Shown here one piece after another: positions 1 through 14,100 of a stretch of DNA of 64,000 bases. The position numbers and the translations under genes were made by a program. A model generated the notes under the pieces. That model ran no database searches. It was not told the origin of the DNA and saw nothing but the letters and a program-made list of their open reading frames with translations. The stretch's first letter is position 1. The number at the start of each line of letters is the position of its first letter. Source of the DNA: Nemertoderma westbladi (Eukaryota; Animalia; Xenacoelomorpha); NCBI GenBank assembly GCA_032718475.1, contig JAUCBJ010002693.1, positions 26,453 to 90,452 of the forward strand, written 5' to 3'.

Positions 1-721
1 TAAATTCTCGTATTATAACAATAGTATAACATTATGAATCTAGAAGGGCTTCTTGAATTCATATTTTTAATCATGATTTAGTAGCCCACTCCTAACACAG
101 GCGGTATAAATAAGCTAGATTAACGCCAAACTCCATCATCTACTATCTATTAATTATGTGTCGTTTGTTGCTGAGAGATTAAACTGGTTTTCTGCGACGC
201 ACCTGCTCCACGAACTAACTGCCTTGTAGTTGTTGTAGTAGTAGGGCTCCATTAACTTATTGTATTTGGGGGCACCACAATAGTGCGCTATGGGCTTACT
301 AACAGGTACCATTCTTAAAATCCAGACACCTAATTAACTATTCCTTTTGCACCGTTGCATTTTTTTTACATCGCATGTACACAGCTGCAAGTTACAGCCG
401 CTGATTACAAAGTTGCTACTTTTATATTATTTCTTGTTAAGTTGGATGCGCTGAACTCGGATTATTTGGGCTTCTCCTAACGAACATCACAGTTGCCTCG
501 GATATGGTAGGAAGGAGGCAGTGTCTAAGTCTTACCATTCCAAATATAAATTTCAATTTTTCAATGGAATGCAGTGTGCCTGCTTATAATGCACACTTCC
601 ATCCAATTTTTGAAATTCCGTAACACCTCTTGAAAATTAATTTATTTTATTATCACACTACCTTCTGTAGCATTAGTTACAACAACACGTAAAATACATG
701 TTAAATACGTACTGTAGTTGG

Positions 722-1001
722 GCCCATGTGAAGAATACCAGACTTTCTGCCGTTATATTTCACTTTGCAGTTACCCCCATGTGAAGAAAGAATACCATTG
801 TTTCACCAAAAACACAGGTTATAGAAGGGCTGAATCTAACCAAAACAATAAACGAATTAGTATATGTACAGATTATAAGACAGAAATAAGCGCTATAAAA
901 AACTTAATAAAGATAAATTAAAAAAAAATAAAAATCTTCATATATAAATTTCCAATTAAAAGTCGACCGAAAAGTGAAATCCTTGTATTCTTCACATGGG
1001 C
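722..1001. mobile_element. MITE family A (about 280 bp; degenerate 10-bp TSD, MULE-like)
   Basis: TIR GCCCATGTGAAGAATAC...GTATTCTTCACATGGGC; second copy at 6061-6328. Confidence 0.75.
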
Positions 1002-1699
1002 GCGTAGTTGATTAAATACAGTAGGAAAATGTCGATATTAATTTCGTAAATTTTATTTTGCACATATAAACTCTCCCTTCCAAAGGATGGGTGGTAAAGA
1101 TGTCACCTGGTATTCTTAATTACAACTTGATTATGATTTTTTATCTGTAACTACAAGCAGGATTTAACTAACTCCCATTAGACGGCCTGTGATGTTGATT
1201 ACTTCCCTACTGCAATAAAATATACAACAACAAACTATTCCATGGAACAACCTCGCAGTTATCAGGACTGGACCTGTCAGCTTACTGTGTCAATAGTGAC
1301 GTTTATACCCTGTGATCTGATTGCATTGTCCCTCGGGTAACACAAAACCTCTGATCAAACGCCTTAATCACCACTTCCAAGGGCACAATTACAGCATCTT
1401 GGGGTGACCCATTCGGCAGCATGGTCCCGTCGGAACTACAGAGAGACCACCCACTATATGCCATGAGTCCCCAACCCAACAATTCTTCCGTGCCATTCTA
1501 CCAATTGGGTAATCCATTTCTCAAACTGTAAAATTTGATGAGTTCTTCTAAAATCAAAGTTTACTGGGAACTTGTTGCAACCATAACCAATTAATTATAT
1601 TCAAAGGAAGTATGTATATAATATATACACGATCCCTCGCTAAGTTTATGGAATCCTAAAGGGATTGACGTTAACTTCTTACGACTTTTATGATTATTT

Positions 1700-1990
1700 T
1701 TCCCCACCGGGGCTTCACTGCCGAAGCTCCCGGTGGCTTAATGAATCTGTCCCTAATCAAGCTATGCTCCGTGATCAAGTGTTGTACCTGCAGGCGACTT
1801 AAGATAATTGCATTTAGGATTTGTTTGTGCACCGTCGATTCGACTGAGTTATGGAGGCATGTATGTATGTCTGTATGTATGTACTGTAATGTCAGTCATG
1901 TACGTTAGCATTTTGTATATAGAAAGCAACAATCACATATCACGCACATGTTGTTGTACGATGTATATTGTTGTAATCCAAGTAGTTTAA
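1700..1990. mobile_element. Possible Helentron/HINE-like fragment
   Basis: GC hairpin CCACCGGGGCTTC..GAAGCTCCCGGTGG followed by a (TATG/TCTG)n tract. Confidence 0.3.
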
Positions 1991-2876
1991 CATTATCTGG
2001 TCCGGAGGAATTTAAGAAATTTAAGGGTCATTTTAGAAATTTTTTAGATCTTGGCTCAAAAATTACAATTTTGATGGTATAAGGGATTTCGAGGTCGCTG
2101 ATCACGATGACACTAGTTATAAATATTTCCGGTAATGCAAACCCAATTTTGGTGCCATTCTGGTGCCCCAGAACGAAAAGTACTAGTAGCACAATATTAT
2201 AAGCTGTTACATTTTGCCTTTGGTTTGGTAATTCTGAAGATATACTGGTTTTCAAGGTCGCTAATCACGATACAACTCTTTACAAATCATGAGGTAACGC
2301 AACTATCACTTTCTTTTGGTGCTTGTCTGGTGGGGCGAAAAATGCAAGTAGCATAAAATGTCAAACGGCAAAAATCGAATTTGTTTGGATAATACGATAT
2401 TTTTGAGTGTCATATTCGTGATCAGCATTATAAAAAACCTATATGTTGATAAAATTGAGTCGATTTTGTGGTGATTTTTAGTTATCATATTTGTACTACT
2501 TGTTTTTTTCGTGCCGCCGGGGGCATATTCAAAATTACCACAAATGTTCTCGAATATTATATTTGAGTTCTATAATCGTGATCAGCATCCAAAAAACCTC
2601 TATGTACCGCAAATAAATTAATTTTAGTGAGCCATAAAATTTTTTAGAAAATTTTAGCACGAAAAGTGCTGGAGATGGGTGCCAGAAAGGGACCATAGCA
2701 CGAAAACTAACATAGCCATGTAAATGGCATTTTCGCTGCTGTGGATAGCCCATTAAATTTTAGGTAAAGTCACATAATTTCGGTTTTCCGAACAAACCTG
2801 ACTGAAGGATACAGATGATTTACAAAAAAATTTCTAATATGACCCCTCCCCCCCCCCCCCCCCGGGCCAATTAGTG
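1991..2876. mobile_element. piggyBac-like non-autonomous element
   Basis: TTAA at 1987-1990 and 2877-2880; imperfect TIR CATTATCTGGTCCGG / CCGGGCCAATTAGTG plus subterminal GGGTCAT..TAGAAATTTTTT inverted pair. Confidence 0.65.
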
Positions 2877-4604
2877 TTAAGGTCTATCATTACATACCAT
2901 ACATTACAATGCATATTTATTTCAAATATGATAAATATTTTGACGAACTTTATACAGCTTGCTACCTACCTACATACCTTTTTAATTATTTTCTGTTTTG
3001 TGTTATCTCATCTATATATCCAGTATGTAGGCCTACGAATCTACTCAATCTCAAAAGTAAATAGCTAATAAACACTACATGTTTGGGGGTAATCAGCCGT
3101 TATTATCATTAATTTTCCACGCGGGAGGATTTCAAATTTATTTCGTCGAAAATCATCGACAACCACCCCACCCCCCCCCCCCCCCCCCCCCACACTATAT
3201 TAGATCATTAGAACTGACACATTATATTCCCACTACAGACGCCAATTGTTTGGCATTAGTCGCGGTCGCTAAAACCACTACTGGCTCATTCAATGCCACT
3301 GATTTGTTTGAAAAAATTGCTGTTTAAAATATAAATTAACAAATCCACGAATCCGCAAATCTGCGAAATCATCGAATCATATTTTCGAATAGAGCATGAC
3401 ACTGAAACCCTATAGATGCTTTTTACTACTGCACTACTGTCCGGCTCTACTCCATTTGATGTACGTGGGAATGCCATGGCAGTGGCTCATTACTAATTAT
3501 AATATATTAAAAGTCAGATTTTATTAAAGCTGTTGAATTCACGCTTTTAACTTTCAATTTCTTTAATGTCTCGTTAGATTTGTCAATATTAAGTGATAAT
3601 TATAATATTTAATTAATTGTTAAGCAAGTTAAATAAAGAAACCTTACCGGTGGGTATGCAAGGACCAAAGAATGTAAAATCTAACAAGCAACTGGACCTA
3701 GACGGTTGCATGCAATCAGAGATCAGCTGATCGGTAGGATTCGCCTCACGAAGGAAGGCATTATCAGGAGGCCAAGCCAAGAGATGACATTTAGAGTGTG
3801 GAGTTAGGGAGAAGGAACGGGGAATGAAACAAAGAGATACCCGCAGAATACTTCTATATCTAAAGTCTTCAAACATTGGGTAACAGACCAACAGAAAGAC
3901 CAAACCGTCAGTCATTCACAGTCAATGATTGAAACAATAGAACAATAGTTAGTACGAGTAGGCGCACCGGTATGCTAATAAGCTAGCTTACTTGTTCACC
4001 CTCTCCACAACTAGAACTTCAACTTCCAACTGCAAAGATACACCCTCTGCTGATACTGCAGCACTAAACTACAACTATGTACCAGTAGGTGATAAAGAGT
4101 ATGGTACTGAATTATGAGTTGACTGTTGTCACGACATTTGATTCTTGTCCCCGAGATTCAGATGTTTCACTGTTTTCCTGCTTCTTACCGCAAAATTTTG
4201 AGGAATTACGTTTTGTACACCGATCTACTGTTATTCACCTTGTACGTGATCATTTTTTACTGTGGTCATCTGCCAATTGGCCCCCATAAATCAATTGAAC
4301 TAGTGACAGTTTATCAAGTAACCACATACATAAATTTATGTAGGCCTATCTTATCTCGAAATTTCAAGAAAACACGCGCCCAATTAGGCAAGTACTACAA
4401 AGGATTCTACTGTAGTTATCTACAAGAGATTGCGGATGAATTCTTTCAATCTTTGGATTCCAAGCTTTTAGCTTGAATCTCTATAATACAGTAATAATCT
4501 GGTGCAAATATACTGCAATTGTTGAAACGTTGCGTTGAAACGAATCGAACGCACTGTGAACGTACTGTGTAGGTATTCATTCGGTGTTCATTAAACTAAT
4601 CACG

Positions 4605-4845
4605 TTGGGAAGCGGTTTATTCCGTTGAATTCATATCGCTCTGGAGGTCGTGGGTTCGATACCCGCATGGGAAACAGGGCAGTTTTAGTTCAGTTCATGC
4701 TTTGAAGGGACTAGCCTGAGCTCATATCTGGCTTGCATCCTTAAATGGTAGCTAATTGAGTCTCAGTTTCATCCGAGGACCGCACTGGAAATAATTCGTC
4801 AGACTTTGTGCGTAATTTCTGACCTGACAGCTGAATAAAACTTTA
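4605..4845 (+). mobile_element. tRNA-derived SINE-like repeat
   Basis: B box GGGTTCGATACC followed by CAGGGCAGTTTT, shared with 58901-59000. Confidence 0.45.
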
Positions 4846-4948
4846 TTACGTGTTTGTAAGTTATAATTATATTTCATAGAGTATATCTAATCGATTTTCA
4901 TTTCATTGTTTTATTTCCTACACATACACCCTATGTATATTTTACTAG

Positions 4949-5176
4949 ATATCTCAGTATCTGATATATCAACTACACCAGCGGACTACATACAGACCGG
5001 CCGTTCCAGTGTTGTCTTCTATCTCGGTAACTCGGTCCAGACATGGCGTCTTCAACTCGTCGACGATTCCGAATACGAGGTCTCTCAACAGGTCAAGGTC
5101 TCTCTCTTCAACCCTACCGACGCTCTCTTACACTCCCCCCTGGAGACTGTTGTAACCATAGTCGACCCGGAGGATG
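4949..5176 (+). CDS. FREM2-like exon (Calx-beta 1, C-half)
   Basis: TAG| acceptor (alternative CAG| at 4958), ADY...LVDDSEYE...IVDPED, donor G|GTGAGT; phase 1-1. Confidence 0.85.
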
Positions 5177-8100
5177 GTGAGTTGGAGATATTAGGAAGGA
5201 CGTAAAGTCGACCCCCCCAGTGACGCCACAGGACCCCCAGTGACGCCACAGTGACCCCCCAGTGACGCCACAAGACCCCCAGTGAAGCCACAGTGGCCCC
5301 CAGTTTAACATGAAATCAATCACAATAGAATAGATTCCTTTAAGATAATAAGTAACAAGCATTATTATTTCTTTGTTTTTTTTAATTGTATTTCCTGGTA
5401 GTCAAATAAGCTTAAATATTTTTTTTTTAACTTTTCTTTAATCATTTTTTTCTTGTTTGTAAAATATGCTTAATTTTTTTTAACAATAAAGTAAGTTAAT
5501 CAAAGTATCTGGTGAAGTAATTTCTTTGAATGTTGTTAAAAAATGTGATTAACGAATTTAAATGTTCGCTAAATTAAATTCATCAGTTAATTTGAAATAA
5601 AGCCACATACACCAATAATACACTTGTTTACCATACATTATTGTACAAGTTAGTACATAAATTTTCATAATATTCTACATTTACTTTTTTTCTACAGTAT
5701 TATTATTTTAGCCAATAAAAGACAAGAATCTAAGTTGAGCCTGATCATACTTTTTCTCACTTATTGCCTTTTCCTTTCACACAAAATACCATAATAATAA
5801 TTATTATAACATTTATATTTCAGAACCGACTCTCTACTTTATAAATTCAACTTATTGGTTTACTGAAGATGTCGGCGTTGCTAGTATGACGGTGTCAAGG
5901 CGAGGTGATCCCAGAAAGGCGATGAGCGTGCAATGCTATACTTACGTAGGTTAGTGCTATACCGCTATATTCATTATATTTATCAATTCGAATTGATATA
6001 ATTTAAAAAAAGTGCACGGCACAAATTAAACATGAGTATATAGATAGTCAGTGACAGTCGGCCAATGTGAAGAATACCAGACATTCTGCCGTTATATTTC
6101 ACTTTGCAGTTACCCCCATGTGAAGAATACAAGGTTTTAACCAAAAACACAGGTTGCAGAAGGGCTGAATCTAACCAAAACAATAAACGAATTAGTATAT
6201 TCACAGGTTATAAGACATAAATAAGCGCTATAAAACACTTAATAAAGATAAATTAAATCTTTATATATAAAATTCCAATAAAAAGTCGACCGAAAGAAAA
6301 GTGAAATCCTGGTATTCTACACATGGGCGTGACAGTGGGCGGTAGCTAAATTAGCATGGTAATGATACCATATTGGTGCCATATAATTCTTAGATATATG
6401 TAATACTATAAAATAATTGATATATTTATCTATTTATTTAATTTAAATTAACACGTCATACCTGAATACTGTAGGCCTATATATATAAAAGTGCACAGAA
6501 CTGCTCAAGTACCATAAAATAATAAAAAAATAGACTGCATGAATAACCCCGGCTTATGGCATTTATGTTTGGAGAACCCCCCCTCCCCCCATCCCCGATT
6601 GTTTCAAGGATAGATTAGTGACATTCAGCCCCAATATTATCTTACAGTCTTACAGTTTTTATCTTATAGTCTTACAATATTAACCTTTTATTATATCAAC
6701 TTTTCTATCTTTAATTAAATGTTTGCTGTACTGTAGTACGTACGTTTTACATTAAGGGTTATTTATGATTACTGTAGCTTTAGGCTACTACAGTAGGGCC
6801 TACTGCAGTTAATATCTAAATCATATAGAATAAATAATATAAAACTAAGAAAATTTTAATTAAAAAATAATTAAATTCTTCATACAATCACAACGAATCC
6901 TTAATCGCACATATTTTAGTTCAAACCTAATAAATTAGGTAGCGGCAGAACTATAGTTGTGTCAGCGGGAGATTGCAATCGAGAAAAATTCAACGGGCAT
7001 CCCAAATCAATAACTTTATTAATCTAAAGCCAATGCATCCCGGCCCTGGAATCAATTGTTAATGTTTAACTGTTTGGCTATTCAAGTAGCTCTGGTAGCA
7101 AAGTTAAATACCGCCAAATGTCAATCAATTACAAACTAATGTAATCATTTACTATAACATGTAGTATGTACAGTAGTTATAAAGTATTATGCTATTGGTA
7201 CATAACATACTACATTACATATACATAACAGCCAAAAGGGTTCGTGCTCAATGGATTAAAAAGGAATGTAAAGTTATAGACAATAGGCCTACAACTGTAC
7301 AGTTGTAGGCTTGTACAGTAGGTTGTACTGTACAGTAGGCTATATGATGTTAGGATAAAAAATGTTTATTTTTTAGTTTCATATTTGTTGAATAATAACA
7401 TTTGACACTAATAAACATAAATTCATTCTCCCAAAGTTTATGTATAAAATACATAAATGTCTAAAATTATTGCCAATAAATTATTAATTATAGAAAAGGA
7501 ACAGGACAATTAAAGGATGTTTAAAAATTAACCTTAATTAATTAATTATTTACAAATTTGACATATGCTATCCGATAGTATAAATAATTATTCAGTAATT
7601 TAAACTCAATAGCGAAAAAAAGAAATCGCCACTGGCGAGCAATTTATTTTGAAGTCTGTTTGGATAGATCGATTGATTCATTGTTTTCTTTTTCTTTTTC
7701 CAAATACAGTAATACGTATTTATAGTAGAGATAAACCAATTACATAACAGGACGGCCCTAACCAGGGCCATAGACAGACCTTCTAACATTTGGTGGTAAA
7801 GTGAGCCGTTTTTGGTGGATTTGGTTTGTTTGGTGCAAAAATGTATCTAATTTTAAATATAGGTGTGAAAATAATTTGTTGAGATTTTTTATTATGTTTT
7901 GTTAATACATTTTTGTACATAAATTTACATTTATAGCTAAGTTTCCACTGCTGGTTGTTTCTTAGAGACAAGGGGAGGGGGACGAATTTATTGTTTCTTT
8001 GGTCCCGAACATACTACCCCCCCCCCCCCCCCACCGCCACTGATTGTTAGATTTACCTTGCAGGGGACAGAGGATTGGATAACAGTTCACATTATTGGCA

Positions 8101-11100
8101 ACAATATTTTGTACAATAAATCGGAGAATCACGGTTTGGTTAAATCACTAGTCCAATTACAGTATAAATTGTATATGTAATTGTATGTATAAATTATTAT
8201 ATCATGTATAAATTGTACGTACAGTATAAGACAATTAAGGATTATCAGGAGATATGGTCTGAAGATCAGATTATGTAGGCCTACAGTATAGGTTTTTGTG
8301 TCTTAGTTTCTTGGTAATATAGAACACGCGAATGTACATTCCATCAAGACTCCATTTACTGTTTTCAATATGGTTTAATCTGCAGATTAGATTGATAGAC
8401 ATGGTCTGGTCGTCATGTATGCTCCAATTAAAAAGCGAGTAACCTGCTACCAATATGACAGAAAACTTTGTTTTTGCTAAAAAAAATTGGGGGTGTGCCC
8501 CCCCCCCCCCCCCCCCCCCCTTTCCCCCTACCCTTGGTGGTGAAATGTGGGATAGTTCTGAAAGAGGACACTTACCGAAATTGAACTAAATCAGCCAAAA
8601 CTGCGAATGCTATCAACAAAGGTGCAATAGGGGCGTAAGCTATCCATTTACTGAAAGGGAGCTGATTTGGCACTTCTATTATCCAATTTCTTTAATAAAC
8701 AAATTATTTCCATCCAACGCCAACAACACATTTTAACCCGCTTAAACTGACCGTGTACCTCCTTAAACCTCCTCGAAAGATCGATGGCCACTTGTTTTTC
8801 GCAACAAATTATTTTACTAATATATTATATTATTGCGATTTTTACCTTCATCAGAACTACATGTTTACCGAAATATATTATAATCTAACACGTCCCTTTT
8901 TACCAAAGGATTTTATATCCTTTGGATAACAAATATAGAATCAATTATTATTATATTAATAAACAAATAGATAGGAGCCAAAATTTATATAATGATATTG
9001 TCAGCTATATTTAGTGAATTTTTATTTCGCGTATGTTTATTTGAAATAATACTGCTATTATTTGAATTATCTCTTATCTTTTTGTTATTAATGAAATAGA
9101 ATGCCGAAGAATGTTTATTGTTTTGGTTAGAATAATGTGCCATTGTATAACCTGCTCCTTTCCCTAAATTATAATTGATAGTTTAATATTGAGACGAGAT
9201 ATTAATTCGCCGAGATGGGATTTGCATCAAGTCCCCCCCCCCCCCCCCCCCCTCCGCCCCCTTCTCGGTTTTTTATACTGAAATAAACACCTCGAAATTA
9301 AATAGTAATTTTAACTTTTTTAGGCGAATCTTCCGAAACGAACCTTCTTCCTGCCACCATCGATAAGGACTACACTGCCATCCCTATGGCAACTGGCGGA
9401 GGTCGCACTATTAGCTTAGCGGCCGGTGCCATGGAGACCAGTTGCGACATCTACGTAACCGACGATGATAAGTTCGAAGACTTCGACGAGTACCTTATGG
9501 TCGGATTGGCCAATCCGAAGGGCGGAGTTATAGACGAAGGCCGGAGTAGTTCCATGTTGGTTATAACTCCGGATTATCGAGACGGTAAGTACATGGAGTG
9601 GTTACTAAAAGGTGGGGTAAAGGAAAAAAAACATACTATTTTAATTCCTATTTGTTTTATAATTAATATTTCAGGATCATTAGTCGAGGAAAGGAGCAGG
9701 TTACGGCATATAAAAGTATTGTTATCGGACTGTTAAAACAGTAGAGAGGGCGCCACACTAACTCCCAAGATTTAATACTCTACGCTATCCAACCTTTTTC
9801 TTATATTATATTCTAGAACCGCGGTTTAACTTCCGCCAACGGGTTTATGAAGTTTCAGAATCGTCGTCTTCCGTAACCATTGAGGTCGCCAGATTCGGCA
9901 CTGACCTCAACCACACGTCTACGGTGCATATTGTTACCGTGGAAACTGGGAATGTTACCAACGCAACCTGTTAGTAAACAACATAACAATAAATTAATAT
10001 GTGACAATATTCTATTTTTGGTTTATTTTCTGTGTTTTTTTTTAATTTCCATAAAACATGGCAAGGTTACTGTCAAGTCAAACGGGATCCCGAGAAATTG
10101 GGTTTCCGGCTCAAATTGCTGACGAATTTTATAACTTATTAATTTATAATTTATGACGAAATTAATTTTACTGTTATTTTATCGCAAATGTTTCATAGTG
10201 GGAAATAAAGTAATATATTAGGTTGCCCAAAACCTGATTCATACTTTTTACAGTCATACTAAAATGTTAAGTAAATTCAATTTAAAATTGCAATCCCGAT
10301 CCCTAAAGATAAGTCCGATCCCGTTTAAACACTAAACAGTAGCTAAAATCTGGAATTAGCTAACATGTCGCGAACATTTCCTATTTACTCACTAACTATC
10401 AATTCTACTTAGAATTCACAATATTTTGGTAGAATTTACCAAATTACAGTTTATCCACCACCAAATCAAGCAACTATAAATTATTGTGTCCACCTCCTTC
10501 TTCCAATAATGTTTCCCTAACGATATGAATAATATCCGAATTTATATGTATTTTTCTTGTCTCAGCCAATTCGGATTACATTCCCATCGATACCGTGTTA
10601 ACGTACCAACCCAATGAAGGGCTCCAGTTGGTTACCATCACTATCATCGATGACGTCACAGTGACGCGGTTGGAGGGTCGCGAGTCCGTTCAGTTGTTGC
10701 TAAGCAACCCGTATAACGGTCGCCTTGACAACCAGAAGGACGCTGTTGTTATAATAGACGACCGCCTCGACGACGGTGGGTTATAAATAGACTTCCGACA
10801 AAAAGTAGCTCTCGGCCTTAGGATGGCAGTAATTCTTATTTTATATAACTATTTTTGTGATTTTCACGATTGTTGAAATTTTTGACGACTTTTTTTGACT
10901 GTAATTTTACGTACTTTGTGTGTAAACCGTAAAGTATCACTTTTCAGTGTGTAAATCCGTGTGGTTTGTTACACGAACGGACGAATTGAGTGAATGCAAA
11001 AAATATGGGATGGTCCATATTTTATATTATTTGATTTGAACAATAAATTTGATGTCATTTAATCCACAAAGTTATAATAAAGTAATTTCATATGACATTA

Positions 11101-14100
11101 TTAAAATCATTTTTAGAACTGATTTAGTTACGTTTTAAAGTTATTCGTAAATTCATATTATTATTTTTTCACTGAAAATATTAAAATATTGATATTATTT
11201 GCAATCAATCAAAATTTCTAAATATTCATTCGATTCGATTTTTGGACTACCCGACCTCCCAGAATTAATATTAATTACTGTATCCTCAATTATTTTAATG
11301 TATTCCTCGCTATTGAACTCGGTGTTATCTTTCAGTTCCTCTTATCAACTTCGCCGTTTCAACCGTGGACTTCAATGAGTCGGATATCAACATCGGACTG
11401 CCGATATCTCGTAGCGGCGATCTCAGACTCGACTCCACGGTTCTCTGCACAATCCAATACAGCCCGGTCCAACCCCCGCGACAATCCAACACCGGACCGG
11501 CTGACTTCAAGAGCCCACAGACACAGTCTATAACCTTCTTAGGGGGTTAGAACTTATTCTTACTATATTAATTATAATTCGCGGAGAAACAGGGGCGGGA
11601 TACTCGCCGCCTCAATGTTAAATTCTACATTTAGGGAAATGGACTGGTTACAGGGACATGTTATTCTAACCAAAACAATAAACCAAAGTCGATAGAACAG
11701 GTTACAGTTATATTTTTGGCTATATTCGGATATATTTTTACAGCTCTAGTTATTCCCCTAGAGAAGGATGAATTTTTATTGTCCCTCCTTATCTGAATTC
11801 GCAAAGTACTTGATTTTGTGATAATTTACCACTATAAAAGATTAAGATTCGGCCGCCTTAATCTTACCTAAATTGATTGTAAGTAAAAAAAATACTGGTT
11901 TGCACTAAAAATGAAATGTATAAAAAATATAACTGTAAATCGAAAGGAATAGGATATTGCGCTGAATTACCAGTGTTATTGGAGGGAAATTCAAATAATA
12001 TCTGCCAACTGTTACAGAAATCTAGGTATTGCTTACATAATTACATATATTGGCCCAATCGCCTGTGGTAGATCGATATCACGCGTACGTGATGTGTTCT
12101 ACTATTGCAGTCTTAGGAAAGACTCATCCGTTGTACCTGTAGGGTGCTGCTTGGCTTTGATATTATGTTAGTATCGAGATTATACAACTCCTCATTTGTT
12201 AGTTGAGCGTTGCTTATGACATGAATATCTAGCGTAGCGTCCTTGTGTACATGCCATCTATGGGTCTGGCAGTAATAGTCAATCAGGGGATAAACCTGCA
12301 CAACTCTACTGCTGTCCGGAATAAACTTACCTCCAGAGGGCATTTGATTTTATTTCTCAGCCATTATTATTATTATTAGGGTAAACTTTATATTTTACAG
12401 AATTGGAAGAAACCACGAAGAACTGCCAGATTGTTCTAATAGACGACGGAGAGTTTGAGGGAATGGAGCACTTTAAGGTTTCCCTAAAGGCCCCTAACAA
12501 CCCCGTCACTCCGGTTAACTTTGGCGACAATCTTACAGTCAACGTTAATGTTCTTGATGAAGACGATAGTTAGTTAATATATCCCTTGATCTAATTGTCA
12601 TTGTGTTTAGATTGTGCCTAAATGTTTTTTTATTTTTTTTCAAATAATTGTTATTTTGTGGGCGTCAATGAATATGACAGGCAATCTCAACAATATTATT
12701 GGACGTAACCTTCGTAATTTAGTTGCAACGAAATAGACCTGATCTAGGATCGAACCCAGTACTCTCGCTTTACCGAATGAACCTGTTGGGATAAATCACT
12801 ACCACAACAACAACAACAACAACAACTACCCACACCTCTAAAGAGGTAGTTTCGATATAATTGGGATCATATTATGATATTATATTAGTTTATACTTTGA
12901 GTATTAATTTAATTAATAACCGTAAAATAAAGTGTTACTTTTTCCTATATTCATTTTACCGATTTTTCATTATTAGGACCGCGAATAACTTTAGGCGAGA
13001 GTTCCTATGTGTGGCGGGAGTCCAAGGACCCGTCCAGACTGAGTCTACTCCCTATCCGGGTGTTGGGTCTGGGGGACCTGGGCCTACCGGTACAGGCTAG
13101 GCTGTACACTGCCACTAATAGTTACCAGACCGCATTGGCTAACATTGACTATCAACCAATTGTAAACAATAGTAAGTTTATCTTCAAACTGTATTATTAT
13201 TATTTCAGTAATATTTTATTATTACTAAATTAAAAGAATTACGGTTACCGAATAATTAGCGAACAATTTTACAAAGATTTGCTTTCATTATTGCGCTTTC
13301 CATAACTAATATTTTAACATCTTTTAATTTAGTTTTTATTTTGAATTCGACGACGAATGTTATGGAATTCAACATAAAGATTGAACCCGATGAAGTTCGC
13401 GAAGATATGGAGAACTTTACTGTCGTTCTGGAGTTATTATCAGGGCACGGAATCACCGAGATTCTTATCAGTGCGGCCGACATATATATTATAGGTGAGT
13501 GAGGTATTGTCCGGTCGTTAAAGGCCAATATGCGGTTGTTAAGGGTTAATGTTCGGTAGATAAGGACTGATGCCCGGTCGTTAAATAATGGTGGTCTGTT
13601 GTTAGGGGTTAATATCCGATCGTGAAAGGCTAATAATGTTCGCTATAAATGTCCATTACTATTCATATTCTGTACGCAATGAGGACAGCCACAAAGGGTG
13701 AAGATCTGGGATTCACACTTCAAGAACGCAGAAGTAGTAGATATCCGGCAACTACAGTCACAGACACCGACTTTGCGGGTCGACATCGCCCTGCTCTCTA
13801 ATACGCTAGCAGATGCACAGCTTCTACTAAATAAAGTGGAGAGGGCTGCTAAGGAGGTTGGATTGCATATAAATGCTACCAAGACCGAATTCATGACCTT
13901 TAATGTTGATGGAAACTTGACAACCATTGATAATAATCAACTAAGGAAGGTCGAGGACTTCCAGTACCTTGGATCGTGGATAGAGAGTAGCAAAAAGGAC
14001 ATAGAAGTTAGGAAAGCAAAGGCTTGGGTAGCTCTATCAAAAATGGATACCATCTGGAAATCAGATCTCTCCAGGCACCTGAAGACTAAGTTCTTTCTAG

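Noticed and set aside
1-4900. Further upstream FREM-like exons
   Set aside because: No CSPG or Calx-beta-like frame with splice sites recognised; the short ORFs look spurious or repeat-derived.
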